From: an uncultured Gemmatimonadaceae bacterium
GTDB taxonomy: Bacteria; Gemmatimonadota; Gemmatimonadetes; Gemmatimonadales; Gemmatimonadaceae
Assembly (NCBI GenBank): GCA_963829055.1
Contig: CAWHHI010000010.1
Span: 96,001-160,000 of the forward strand
Length of the DNA stretch: 64,000 bases
Reading direction: 5' to 3'
Below are positions 45,043 to 56,026 of the stretch, one piece after another (the stretch's first letter is position 1; the number at the start of each line of letters is the position of its first letter). The translations under genes and the position numbers were made by a program. The notes under the pieces were generated by a model that saw only the letters and a program-made list of their open reading frames with translations, made no database searches and was not told the DNA's origin.

Positions 45043-48000
45043 CTACTGCGAGCGTGGCGCAGCCGGCTCGTCCTCGTCCCACGCTTCCGCGAATGCTTCG
45101 GCGCCTAACGCCTCACGCAGCGAGTCGATCTCGCGCGCGTGAGGCGCGCGGCGTCGCGGTGGCAAAACGGCCCCGATCGCCGCCCGCTGCCGCTCCGCCG
45201 CACCGAAGAGCCGCGCTGCTGCCCGTGCATCTCCCTCATCACGCCGCACGCGTGCCAGCACATCGAGGCACTCGGGCAGAAGGAACCGGCTCCCGAGACG
45301 CCGCGTGATTGCGAACGCCTCATCGAGAGCGTCATGCGCCGCGGTCAACGCTCCCGCGCTGGCGCCGCGCGTCGGCCTGCCGGGTGAGGACCTGAGCGAG
45401 ACTCGCGACGTCGCCCCGACGGTGGAGCGCGACACTCTCCGCGTACAGCGGCTCCGCGCCAGCGGCATCGCCGGCGTCGCGGCGAAGGTCGCCGGCGGTC
45501 CGAAGGGCGAGTCCCGTCGCCCAGAGAAACCCATGCGCGCGGAGGGTTGGGAGCCAGGCGTCGATTGATGCCACAGCGTCGTCCGACCCGAGCGTCTCAT
45601 AAGCGATGACTACCGACGACAGGCTCGTGCTCGCGCGATGGATGACATCACCCGTCCGGTAGGCGGCATCGGTCCCGTCCTTCAGGATCGCACGGGCGCG
45701 GTCGACATTTCCCATCCACATCTCGAGCGCGGCGAGCGACGTCGACATGAACGCAACGCCACGCGGGTCGCCTAACGACCGATGAGCGCGGAACGCATAC
45801 GCGAGATGTTCGCGCGCCTGCGCCAACTCGCCCCGATGGTAAAAGCGCACCCAACCCAGATTGTTGTGCGCGAGCGCAATACCGCGCACGTCGCCGAAGC
45901 GCTCGTGAACCGCGAGCGCCTCCTCGGCGAGCGCTATCGCACGGGTTGGCTCGCCCGTGAGGTACATCGACCAGCTCAGGTGATTGAGCGTGGCCGCGAC
46001 GGCATGCTCGTCGCCCGCCTCACGGAAGAGCCGCTCCGCCTCCTCGAACAGCAATCCCGCCTCCACAGGAGCGCCCTGCATGTGCGTCATCACACCGTGC
46101 GACAGGATGAGCCGCGCGCGTGCCTCGTGGTTGCGTTCGGAACCGGCCGCACCGAGCACGCGATCGATCCGATTCCGTCCTTCGGTGAGGAACCCCCCGG
46201 TCCAGAAGCGGACGAGCGCCTCGGCCATCCGGATGGCTTCGTCGACGTGTCCGCGGTCGAGCGCATAGTCCAGCGCTGCGCGAAGGTTGTCGTGCTCACG
46301 CTCGAGTCGCTCGAACCACGTCCGCTGCTCGGGGCCACGGAGGTGGGGCGCGGCCTCCTCGGCCGTGGCGAGCATGGTCTGCAAGTGAGCGCGGCGCGCG
46401 CCGTCTTCTTCGCCGGCCTCGGCGAGCCGCTCGCGGGCGAAGCCGTGAATCGTCTCCAGCATCGCAAAGCGCGGCTCACCGTCCGGCTGCTCGTCCTGTC
46501 GCAGCAGGCTGTGGCTCACGAGCGCCGTCAGCGGCTCGAGCACGTCGCGCGGATCACCAAGCGATGCGGCCAGTGCCTCGGCGGCACCGACCGTGAAGCC
46601 GCCGGCGAAGACGGCGAGTCGGCGGAAAACGGTCTGCTCCGGGGCGCCGAGGAGTGCGTGACTCCACCCGATCACCTCGCGAAGGGTCCGGTGGCGCTCG
46701 GGAAGATCACGCGCGTCGCTCCGCAACACGTCGAGGCGCTGGTCGAGCCGCGCCAGCAACGCGCGCGGCGGAAGAAGGCGCGTGCGTGCCGCCGCGAGCT
46801 CGATCGCCAGCGGCATCCCATCGAGGCGCCGACAGATGCGGGCGACGGTCGACGCGTTCTCGATGCTGAGCGCGAAGTCGGGACGCACTGCCTGGGCGCG
46901 TTGGACGAACAGGCGGACTGCGTCGCCGGGGTCGGCGAGCCGCTCCGGCGTGGTCATCTCCTCGGGGGTAGCGACGAAGAGCGGTGGCACCGGGAGCTCG
47001 TGCTCGCCGCCAATGCCTAACGGGGCACGGCTCGTGGCGAGCACCGCGACGCCGTGGCAGTTGGCGAGCAGCTCGGCCACGAAGGGAGCTGCCTCGAGCA
47101 GGTGCTCGAAGTTGTCGAGGACGAGGAGCACGCGCCGCTCGCGCAGATGGCCGATGAGCCGCTCCCCGTGCGTGCCCCCTCCGGCGTCACGCAGACCGAG
47201 GGTCTGGGCGACGGTTTGCGGCACGAGCGCCGGGTCCGTGACGGGGACGAGCGAGACGAAGTGCACGCCGCCCTGAAAGCGTACTCATCTGGGCATGCAG
47301 CCGCGTGGAGCGCGAGGCGCGTCTTCCCCATCCCGCCCGGCCCGGTGAGCGTGACGAGGCGCTCGTGCTCGAGCAGCGCATCGATGCGCGCCACCTCGCG
47401 CTGACGCCCGATGAAGCTGGTGAGCGGCGCGGGGAGTATCGGTGCATCGCCCGCCAGCGCCGGCTCCGCCGTCGCGTCGGCGACCGTCTCCGCTCCCGCC
47501 TCCGATCTGCCAGCTGGTCGCGGGCTCCCGCCGATTTGCCGGAGCGCATCCCGCACCTCGGCGGCGCTCGCGTAGCGTTTGTCCAGGTTGCGGGCGAGCA
47601 GCCGATCGAGCAGCCGCCGCACGCCCGTCGGAACATCGTCAGGGAGCGGAGCCGAGGGCTTGTCCAGCACCGCGTGGAGGATGGCTGCCACGCTCTCGCC
47701 CGACCACGGGCGCTCGCTGGTGAGCATCTCGTGGAGCACGACCCCCAGCGCCCACAGGTCGGCCCGCGCGTCGACGGCATCGCCCCGCACCTGCTCCGGC
47801 GCCATGTAGTGCGGTGTCCCGAGCGCGTCACCGGTTCGCGTCCAGGCGTGGCCCGCTATCTTGGCGATCCCGAAGTCCACGATCTTGGCTACGCCGTTCG
47901 TGGTGATGAGGATGTTCTCGGGCTTGATGTCGCGGTGAACGATCCCTCGCTCGTGCGCCGCGCCGAGCCCTTCGGCGATCTGCTGCGCGATGCCTAACGC

Positions 48001-48537
48001 GTCGGCCAGCGGCAGCGGGCCGCGGGCGATGCGCTCGCGCAACGTCTCCTCGCCGTAGTACGCCATGGCGATGAAGAGCCCGCCGTCGCGCGTCTCGCCG
48101 ATCTCGTAGATCGTCGCCACGTTCGGGTGATCGAGCGCGGCCGCCGACCGTGCCTCGGCGAGAAAGCGGGCGTTGCGCCCCGGATCGCTGCGAAGGTCGC
48201 CGGGGAGGAGCTTGAGCGCGACGTGCCGATCGAGGCGAGGGTCGTGGGCGAGATACACCCGTCCCATGCCGCCGCGCCCTATCTCGCGCAGCAGCGTGTA
48301 CGTGCCCTCCAACGGGGGAACGGGCTCCGAGGTCGGCGTGGGATCAGCCGGAGGAGCGCCGAGCAGGTTGAGGAAGTCGCCCGCGCGCTCGTGCGCGTCG
48401 ACGAGCGAACGGAGCTCGTCAGACAGTTCCGGGTCGGTGCGCGACAGCAACTCCAGCCGCGCGCCTCGGTGGCCGGTGTCGAGCTCGATCAGCTCGTCGA
48501 AGAGGAGCTGAATCCGCTCCCAGTGCTCGCCGGACAT
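45043..48537 (-). CDS. Ser/Thr kinase fused to a STAND/NB-ARC-type ATPase (COG3903) and TPRs (frameshifts near 47290 and 45350)
   Basis: IGRGGMGRVY, HRDIKPEN, DFG; TSFIGR, GPGGMGKTRL, LLVLDNFEH, LDGMPLAIELAAAR; TPR tail. Confidence 0.92.
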
Positions 48538-48736
48538 CACCGACAATAACGCGCCGAAGCGGTGAGGACCATGGTGGCCTACGGCGAGGCCTCCGCGCGC
48601 GCCTCGAGCGCCGCGTTCAGCGCGTCGTGGCTCGACTGCACGCGGGACCCGAGCGCCAGGCTGTGCGTCTTCGATGGTCGCTATCAATGCCATCGGCGGG
48701 CGACCCAGGGATCCTGACGCGACAGCGCAACGCACG

Positions 48737-49222
48737 TCAGGCGGCAGGTGGCGATGCGCGCTGGACCGCCTCGAGCAGGCGATGGGCGTTGAACGGTTGG
48801 AGCAAGAACGTCATCCGCATTCCTTCGCCCGCCGGGAGATGATCCGGTAGCTCGGCGCCGGTCAGAAGCACCGGAATGCCACGCGCGCGCGTGGCGTCCT
48901 CGGCGACGATGGACAGGTCGGTGATGAGCAGGCGCGCTGAAAGACGGCGAGCGACGTCGAACGGATCGTCTCCAGAGCGACTTTCGACGATCCGAAGCTC
49001 GGCCTGCGCTCGGAGACACTGTCTGATGTAGTCGCGAATGTCCGGGTCGGACACCGCGAGGAGGATGGCCGAGCCGCCGTCCCCAGCGCGTTCGGTGTCG
49101 TCCGCCGTGGGACTCGGCTCCGCAGCGAGGAGCGCAATCTCCAATTGCAGCCGGTCCGACGCCGGCACTCGCGGCGCCTCTGCATCGTGTCCGGCGGCAC
49201 CTGCCTGGTGTGGTGCATCCAT
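48737..49222 (-). CDS. Atypical (pseudo-)receiver domain protein
   Basis: ILLAVSDPDIRDYIRQCL, LLITDL, IPVLLTG, FLLQPF; lacks the acidic pair and the conserved Lys. Confidence 0.65.
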   Translation of the reverse strand: MDAPHQAGAAGHDAEAPRVPASDRLQLEIALLAAEPSPTADDTERAGDGGSAILLAVSDPDIRDYIRQCLRAQAELRIVESRSGDDPFDVARRLSARLLITDLSIVAEDATRARGIPVLLTGAELPDHLPAGEGMRMTFLLQPFNAHRLLEAVQRASPPAA

Positions 49223-49240
49223 TGTCGCGTCGTACTCCTG

Positions 49241-49278
49241 AAAAAAATCCCCACTCTCCCGGCCGCGGAGAGTGGGGA
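49241..49278 (-). terminator. Rho-independent terminator
   Basis: 12-bp stem TCCCCACTCTCC/GGAGAGTGGGGA followed by T7 on the minus strand, 17 nt after the stop at 49296. Confidence 0.88.
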
Positions 49279-49295
49279 CTGGGGTTCTCGTTAGG

Positions 49296-51385
49296 TCACT
49301 TGAGCTTGAAGCTCGCCTGGTGCGTCGTCCCGTCGGCGAGCGTGAGGTTCAGCATGCGGCACGTACCGGCCCACGCCTTGTCCGTCTTCCACGTGTAGCT
49401 GTACTGCTGCGTGCTCGCGTCGTACGCGAGACTGCTGTTGCCGGCGGTCACCGTCGCCTCGATGTCATCCTGCGGCGCGCTGGCGCTGCACGACACCTGC
49501 TGCGACGCGGGGGATCCGGCGGCGAAGATGGCGAGGCCTCGATTACCGCCGAGACCGAAGGTCACCTGCACGGCTGCCCCAGCCTTCACGACGTTCACCG
49601 TCGGCATGGGGTCGACCGGCTGCAGGAAGCCGGTGAAGGGGTACGCCACCGTATAGTTGGCGGCGACGGTGTTCGTGTTGCCGGCGTTGTCGGTGGCGGT
49701 GCAGCTGACCGACTTGCTTCCCACGGTGGTCGTGGTCGGCGTCCCGCAGCTCGCCGATGCGAGACCCGACCTCTGGTCTGTCGCGTTAGGCGTCGCGGTG
49801 GCGGTGCCGTTCAGGAGCACCGGATTGGGCGAGACCACGGGTGCGAGGGTGGGTACGGTACCGTCGCGCTTGATCGTGACGGTCTGGACGTTCGTGCCAC
49901 CGGCGCTGGTGGCGCTACAGGTCACGTCTTGACCCTGCGTGTCGGCGCTGATCGTCGTCGGCGCGCACGGTGCGGACGTGACGGCCGACTCGCCGTCGTT
50001 CACCGACCAGCGTCACCGTGACGTCGCTCGTGTACCAGCCGTTGCTGCCTAACGTGCCGTCGATGCTCGGCGTGATGACGGGCGGCGTGTCGTCGGACGA
50101 TGGCTCCGCCTCGTACGCGCCGATGTCGCAGCCGGCGCCCTGCGGCCGGGCGACGCCCCGCTGATCCTGTGTCGCGCAAACGCTCGCGATGCGCCGCGTC
50201 GATCGCCGCACTTCCCGCGCCGAGCGCCATGGTGGCCGTGGTGCCGGGCGCGTTGAGCGAGAGCGATCCGAGCTTCGGGTCACCGGTAGTGGCCGGCACG
50301 ATGCCCGCGCAGGCAGCCGCCGCCGGATACACCAGGTTACCGCCACCGTCGGCGATGGCTGGAGTCCCGAAGCTGCCGCAGTGTCCCTCCACTGTTGTTC
50401 GCCACGATCGTGTTCACCAGCGAATACGTTCGGCCTGTCGGTGAGCGAGTAGATGCCTCCGTACGTGCTCGCACTGTTCCCCGCGACCGTCACGTGGATG
50501 AACAGCGCCCGGAAGCCTCTTTGCCGAAGCCGCCGCCGATCGGCGCGCTGTTGCCCGTGACGGTGACGTTCATGAGCGACACGGTGCCGCCGTTCTGGAA
50601 GATCCCGCCACCAATGGAGCCGGCGGCGTTCCCCGAGATCGTGCTGTTGGTGACGGTCAGGTTGCCACCGGCGGCGTAGATGCCCCCACCCTTGCCGTTG
50701 GACCCGTTGGCCTGGTTGTCCGAGATCGTGCTGCTGTCGATGGTCATCTGCGCCGCGGTGTATGATGGCACCGCCGCCGCTGCTCGTCGTCGTGTTGCCC
50801 GAGAGGACGACGCCCTTCAACGTGATCCAGGTGTCGGTGAAGAAGCTGGCGATGCCTGCGCCGTTGCCGCCGCGGCCGCCGGAGATCGTGAGTCCCCTGA
50901 TTTCTACCGCGACGTTTCCGCGGATATCAATGATCCCGAACTCGGCCGCCGCATCAGCCGCCCGGCGCACGGTCAGGAGATTGGCGCCCGGACCGACGAT
51001 AGTCACACTCTTCTGGATCTGGAGCTGACCACCCAGCGTGATCACCTGAGGCCCGGCGGCGGTCAATGCCGGGTCGAACGTGATGGTAGCCCCAGCCATA
51101 CCGGGCGGCAAAATCGATCGCCTCGCGGAGCGTGCATCCGTTGCCCGTACCCGCATCGTCGCACGCGCCGTCACTCTGATCGGCGAGGCTGTTGACCACA
51201 GGACTAAAGCTTTCCTGGCTGAAGTGAGGAGCCCGAACGGCCGGTGCCACGATTGGATCACGGTCGCTGCAGCCCGCGAGCGTGGCGACCGCCAGCACGA
51301 CCGCGGCGTATCGGATGTAGGATGGCCTGGGGGCGAGCTCGGCAGAGCGACGAGCCGGCCAACCGGAGCGGCGATTCGGATTCAT
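49296..51385 (-). CDS. Surface lipoprotein: CSLREA-like start, beta-helix/choice-of-anchor Q region, Ig-like repeats, PxKF-like C-terminus (several frameshifts)
   Basis: Lipobox LAGC; GCTLREAI; STISGN repeats; DQRGVARPQGAGCDIGAYE; FTGFLQPV...YTWKTDKAWAGTCR. Confidence 0.82.
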
Positions 51386-51511
51386 ATGAGGCTCTCACGT
51401 CGAAGAGGTCCGGAGCGGTGCGCGCCACTCACGAACCGGCGCGCCAGCCGAGGCGGGTGCCTCTGGCTGGCGCGCAATCTTCCCGGAACCCTCGAACCGC
51501 TCTAACCAGGG

Positions 51512-51567
51512 CGTTGCCGCGTTTGGCCTCCACGTTGCCTGCAACGTCCTGCACAATTGCGCGCAAC
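51512..51567 (-). promoter_or_regulatory. Putative AraC-family operator upstream of the surface-protein gene
   Basis: CGTTGCC at 51512 and 51533 (21-bp period); inverted GCAAC at 51541 and 51563. Confidence 0.4.
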
Positions 51568-51589
51568 ATTGAGGCAAGTGACTGGGCGT

Positions 51590-51719
51590 GTCATTCCGAG
51601 CGAAGCGGCCGTAGGCCGCGAAGTCGAGGAATCGGCTATGCCGGTAGAAGGATCAGTCCCTCTTCCGGGAGAACTGCGATTCCTCGACTCCGGCCCGTCG
51701 GGCCTCCGCTCGGAATGAC
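51590..51719. repeat. REP/MITE-like composite palindrome overlapping the 3' end of the hybrid sensor gene
   Basis: Terminal IR GTCATTCCGAGCG/CGCTCGGAATGAC, inner IR GTCGAGGAATCG/CGATTCCTCGAC, small side hairpins. Confidence 0.82.
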
Positions 51720-54700
51720 CCGCTGCGGTACTCGGATGGGCTCACGCCGTGCGCCTCGCGGAACGACCGCGAGAAGTGCGACAGGCTCTGAAACCCCACC
51801 GCATACGCCACCTCGGCCACGTTGCCCGCGCCTTCCTTGAGAAGCTGCGCCGCGCGCTCGAGGCGGAGCCGCCGGATGAGGTCAGATGGAGTCTCGCCCA
51901 CCAGCTCACGCGTGCGACGGAACAGGTGTGATCGATCGAGAAAGACATGCTCCGCCAGCTCCGCGACGCCGAACTCCGACTCGGTCAGATGCGCCGCGAT
52001 CGTCGCGTGGAGCCTATCGACGAACGCCTGGTCCGCGGATCCCAACGCGGACTGTGGCGCGGGCGCCGGAAGCTCCACACCCTCGGCCGCAAACCGCTCG
52101 CGAAGGCGTCGCCGAGTCGTGATGAGGTTCTCCACGCGCGCGTCGAGCTCGCGCATCTCGAATGGCTTGGCCAGGTAGTCGTCCGCGCCGACCGCCGAGC
52201 CCGGTCGACCCGGTCGTCGGTCGAGGCCAACGCGGTCAGCAGGATGATCGGAATGAAGTCGGTTTCAGGATCGCTCTTGAGCGTCCGGCAGAGCGCGTTG
52301 CCGTCGATCCCCGGCATCATCACGTCGCTGATCACGAGATCGGGCAGGAGCGACCTGGCTCGCTCGATGCCGTCCCCGCCGTCGCCCGCCTCCACGATCC
52401 GATACCGCGACTCGAAGTGCGATCGGATGTACGCCCGCAGATCGGCGCTGTCGTCGACGATGAGCAGCGTCGTGACGTCGGCTGCGCCGTCAGCACCTCG
52501 CGTCTCGGTCTCGCCGTTGCCGGCGATGGCGTGATCGACTTCCAGCTCGTCCGTTCGTGCCAGCGAGCCTTCAGGTCCGGCGACGATCTGATCATCGCGC
52601 AGATGCGCGCGGCCTAACGGGAGCGTGACGGTGAACGTAGCGCCACCGGCACTCTCGACGGCGATGCTCCCGCCGTGCAGCTCGACCAGCTCTTTGGCGA
52701 GCGCGAGGCCGATGCCGGTGCCCGGCTGCGCGCGCGTGCTCGATTCGTCGACCTGATAGAACCGCTCGAAGACATGCGCCAGGTGCTCGGGCGGAATTCC
52801 TGGTCCGCTATCGATGACGTTGACCCGCGCGATGCTGTCTTCCGTCTCGACGCGCAGGGCGATGCGGCCGCCATCCGGCGTGAACTTGAAGGCGTTCGAG
52901 AGCAGGTTGCCTAACACCTTCTCGAGCGCGTCCGCGTCGAACCAGACATCGATCGGTTCGGGCGGCGCGACGACGTCGAAGTCGATGTGGTTCTGCGCCG
53001 CGATCTGTCCGAAGGCCGCGGCAACGCCGCGCGCAAACGTCACCAGGTCCTGTCGACGCGCGCGGAGCTTCATCTGCCCCGCCTCCAGCTTCGCGACGTC
53101 GAGAATCTGATTCACCAGCCGCAGGAGACGCCGCGAGTTGCGAAGCGCCATGTCGAGCTCCCTCGGCGGCTCGAGGATCGGCTGGTGCTCGACGCGCGCG
53201 CGAAGATCCTCGAGCGGGCCAATCGTCAGGGTCAGCGGCGTTCGGAACTCGTGACTGACGTTGGCGAAGAACCGGGACTTCGCCTGGTCGAGCTCCTTGA
53301 GCTGCTCGGCCTGCAGCTCGAGCTGATGTTGATTCTCGCGCAGCTCGCGCGTCCGCTCATCGACGAGTCGGCCGAGCTCCAGCGCACGTGCGCGAAGATT
53401 TCGAACACGCCATCCAACGAGGCCGGCCACGATGAGGCCGGCGGCCAGCAGCGACAGCAGTCGAAAGCTTCTGGTCTCCCACAGATGCGGCGCCAGATCG
53501 AGCTGGAGCGCCGCGCCCCGCTCGTTCCAGACGCCGTCGTTGTTGCTTGCCGCCACCCGGAACGTGTATCGGCCGGGCGGCACCTTCGTATAGAACGCCG
53601 TGCGACGGTTGCCGGCATCGACCCACGTCGCATCGTATGGCTCGAGTCGATAGCGGAAGCGCACGTTGGCTGGCGCCAGAAAGCTGAGCGCCGTGTACCG
53701 GATCTCGAGATCCCGTTGCGTCGTGCCTAACGATATGCCGTTTCGACCGGCCGGTACCGTCGTTCCGCCCGAGGTGACCTGCTCGACGACGACGTTAGGC
53801 GGAATGGGGTTCCGCCGGATCCGTGCCGGATCGACGACCGCGACACCAGCCTGCGTCGCGAACCAGAGTCGCCCGTCGCGCGATCGGATGGCGGCCGGCT
53901 GCGAGCCACCGTTCGCCTCGCGATTCCGCAGTCCATCCCGCTCGGTGTACGCCGTCGAGTTGATCGTCGGCCGCCGACCCGCCGCAAACTCGAGCAGCTC
54001 GCGACGGTCCACCCAGAAGATCCCGCGGTTGCCGCTCATCCAGAGGCGATCGGCGTCGTCCTCGAGAATGGTGTGGATCACCTCATCGAAGAGCCCGTCG
54101 CGCGCACGCAGCGTGATGATTCGACCGCGCTCGCTTCCCTTCTTCCCAGTCGCGTGGATCGAGGCGCGCGAGCCCGCGACCTTCGGTGCCGACCCAGAGC
54201 CAACCGTCGCGGTCCACGTGGAGCGACCGAACACGATCGAACGGAAGTCCGTCGGCCGTCGTGATCGAGCGGAAGCGCCCGTCCTTGTATCGCAGCAGAC
54301 CGTCGGCGGCAGTTGCCATCCAGAGAGCGCCGTCGCGAGAGCGCTCGAAGGCTCGCACGACTGGTTGCCGGTCGCCGGTGCCGACGCGCGGCGTCGTCCA
54401 CCGATCTCCGTCGAGCCGAAGCAGCCCCACGTCCGATCCAAACCAGAGCACGCCAGTCGAGTCCTCATACATCGCGTGAGCCTGGGCGCGGCGAGCGACG
54501 TCATTCGGAGCGAGCGCGCATTGCATCGTGGTCGGCATGCACTCCAACAGTCCGATGGCGCCGATCCACAGACGCCCGGTGCGGTCTTCCTTGAACGAGA
54601 GCACGACACTCGAGTTCCCAACCGGCGCGACCACGCGCGTGATGCGATCTCCGTCGATGCGGCTCATCCCGCCGTTGAGCGTGCCGATCCACATGGTGCC

Positions 54701-55876
54701 ACGAGGGTCTTCGTAGACCGAGTACACGTTGTCTGCCGAGAGACCTTCGGGAGCGCCGATGACGGTGAACGACGCGGGCTTCAGCCGGTGAAGACCGGCG
54801 CCCCAGGTGCCGAGCCAGATGCTGCCTTCGTGATCGCGCATGATCGCGGTGATGCTCGACGGGATCGTAGGCGCCGCGCGCGAAAGGACCGGGAGCGTGT
54901 AGATGCGGCGACCATCGCGATACAGCTCTGGCCCGGACGTGTAGAGCATTCTCCCGGACTCATCCGGGACCAGCACCTGCGTGTTGTGCGAAGCCCCGAC
55001 TCTCGGCTGCACTGCGACCGCCCGGCCGGGCTCGAGCCGATAGATCTCGCCCGGCGTGAGTGCCCACGCGACTCCGGTTGCCGGCGAGACGGAGAAATCC
55101 ATCACCTCCCCCCGGTCAACGACCTTCTCCGCTCGATCGCGGAGCCGCCAGATGCCGCCTTCACGGAGGCCAAGCCACAGTGCTCGAGCCGAATCTTCGG
55201 TTATCGCCTGAATGGCCCCTCGCTTCGCCTCATCGGGCTGGCCAATCGCGGCACTCGCGCTATCGCCGTCGATGCGGAACAGACCGCGGCCGCGCACTCC
55301 GACCCACATCGATCCGTCGGAGCGTTGCGCGATCGAGTACACCGGGGCGTCTATGCTCTCCCCTGCAACGCGGACGAATCGGTCGTCGCGGATGATGCCC
55401 AGTCCGTGCTGCGTTCCGATCCAGAGCGTGGCTGCCTTGTCCTCGAAGATGGTCCACACGTCAGTCGTGATCCCGCGGTCGCGTCCGAACGTCGTGAAGC
55501 GTCCATCGCGAAACCGGACCAGCTGATTGTCTTCGGTGCGGAGCCAGAGCGCGCCGTCACGCGCCTCCTGCAGGCTGATGATCCGATTGTTCGGGAGGCC
55601 AGGCGATGTGGCGGAGTTGAAGACGGTGAAGCGGACGCCGTCGAAGCGGGCGAGTCCGTCGAATGTCGCAATCCAGATGTATCCGTCCCGGCTCTGGAGC
55701 AGCGCATTGACGGAGTTGACGGGCAACCCATCCTGCACCGTCCACGACTCGTGGACGAAGGTCTCGGCCGATCGAGGAGCGCGGGTCGGTGCGCTCGGAC
55801 CCTGCGCCGCTGCCACGATGGGAGCAGCGATGAACGCGATGGCGTTCGACAATCCGAGGTGCACGACGTAACCCAT
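51653..55876 (-). CDS. Hybrid two-component sensor/regulator (Reg_prop propellers, Y_Y_Y, HisKA, HATPase, REC, AraC HTH; frameshifts near 54140 and 52190)
   Basis: DGLPVNSV, SRDGYIWIAT, YTKVPPGRYTFRV, SHEFRTPLT, NLLSNAFKF, ISDVMMP, VGFQSLSHFSRSF. Confidence 0.93.
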
Positions 55877-56026
55877 CGCAACAACGTCTCGCTGGAAATT
55901 GCGAAGCGGAAGGTGTCCGGTTTCCCAAATGCGTAATCGTCCGCCGCGGACCTGCATGGCGAAGGGCCGCAGTTGCTGAACACAGAGCTGCGCACGCAGT
56001 TTAGGACGCCCCCAGGCTCAGGCAGG

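Noticed and set aside
53666..55936. Long antisense or alternative-frame ORFs (e.g. 756 aa here, 15518-17050, 31489-32985)
   Set aside because: These are shadows of real genes in high-GC DNA and have no recognisable domains.
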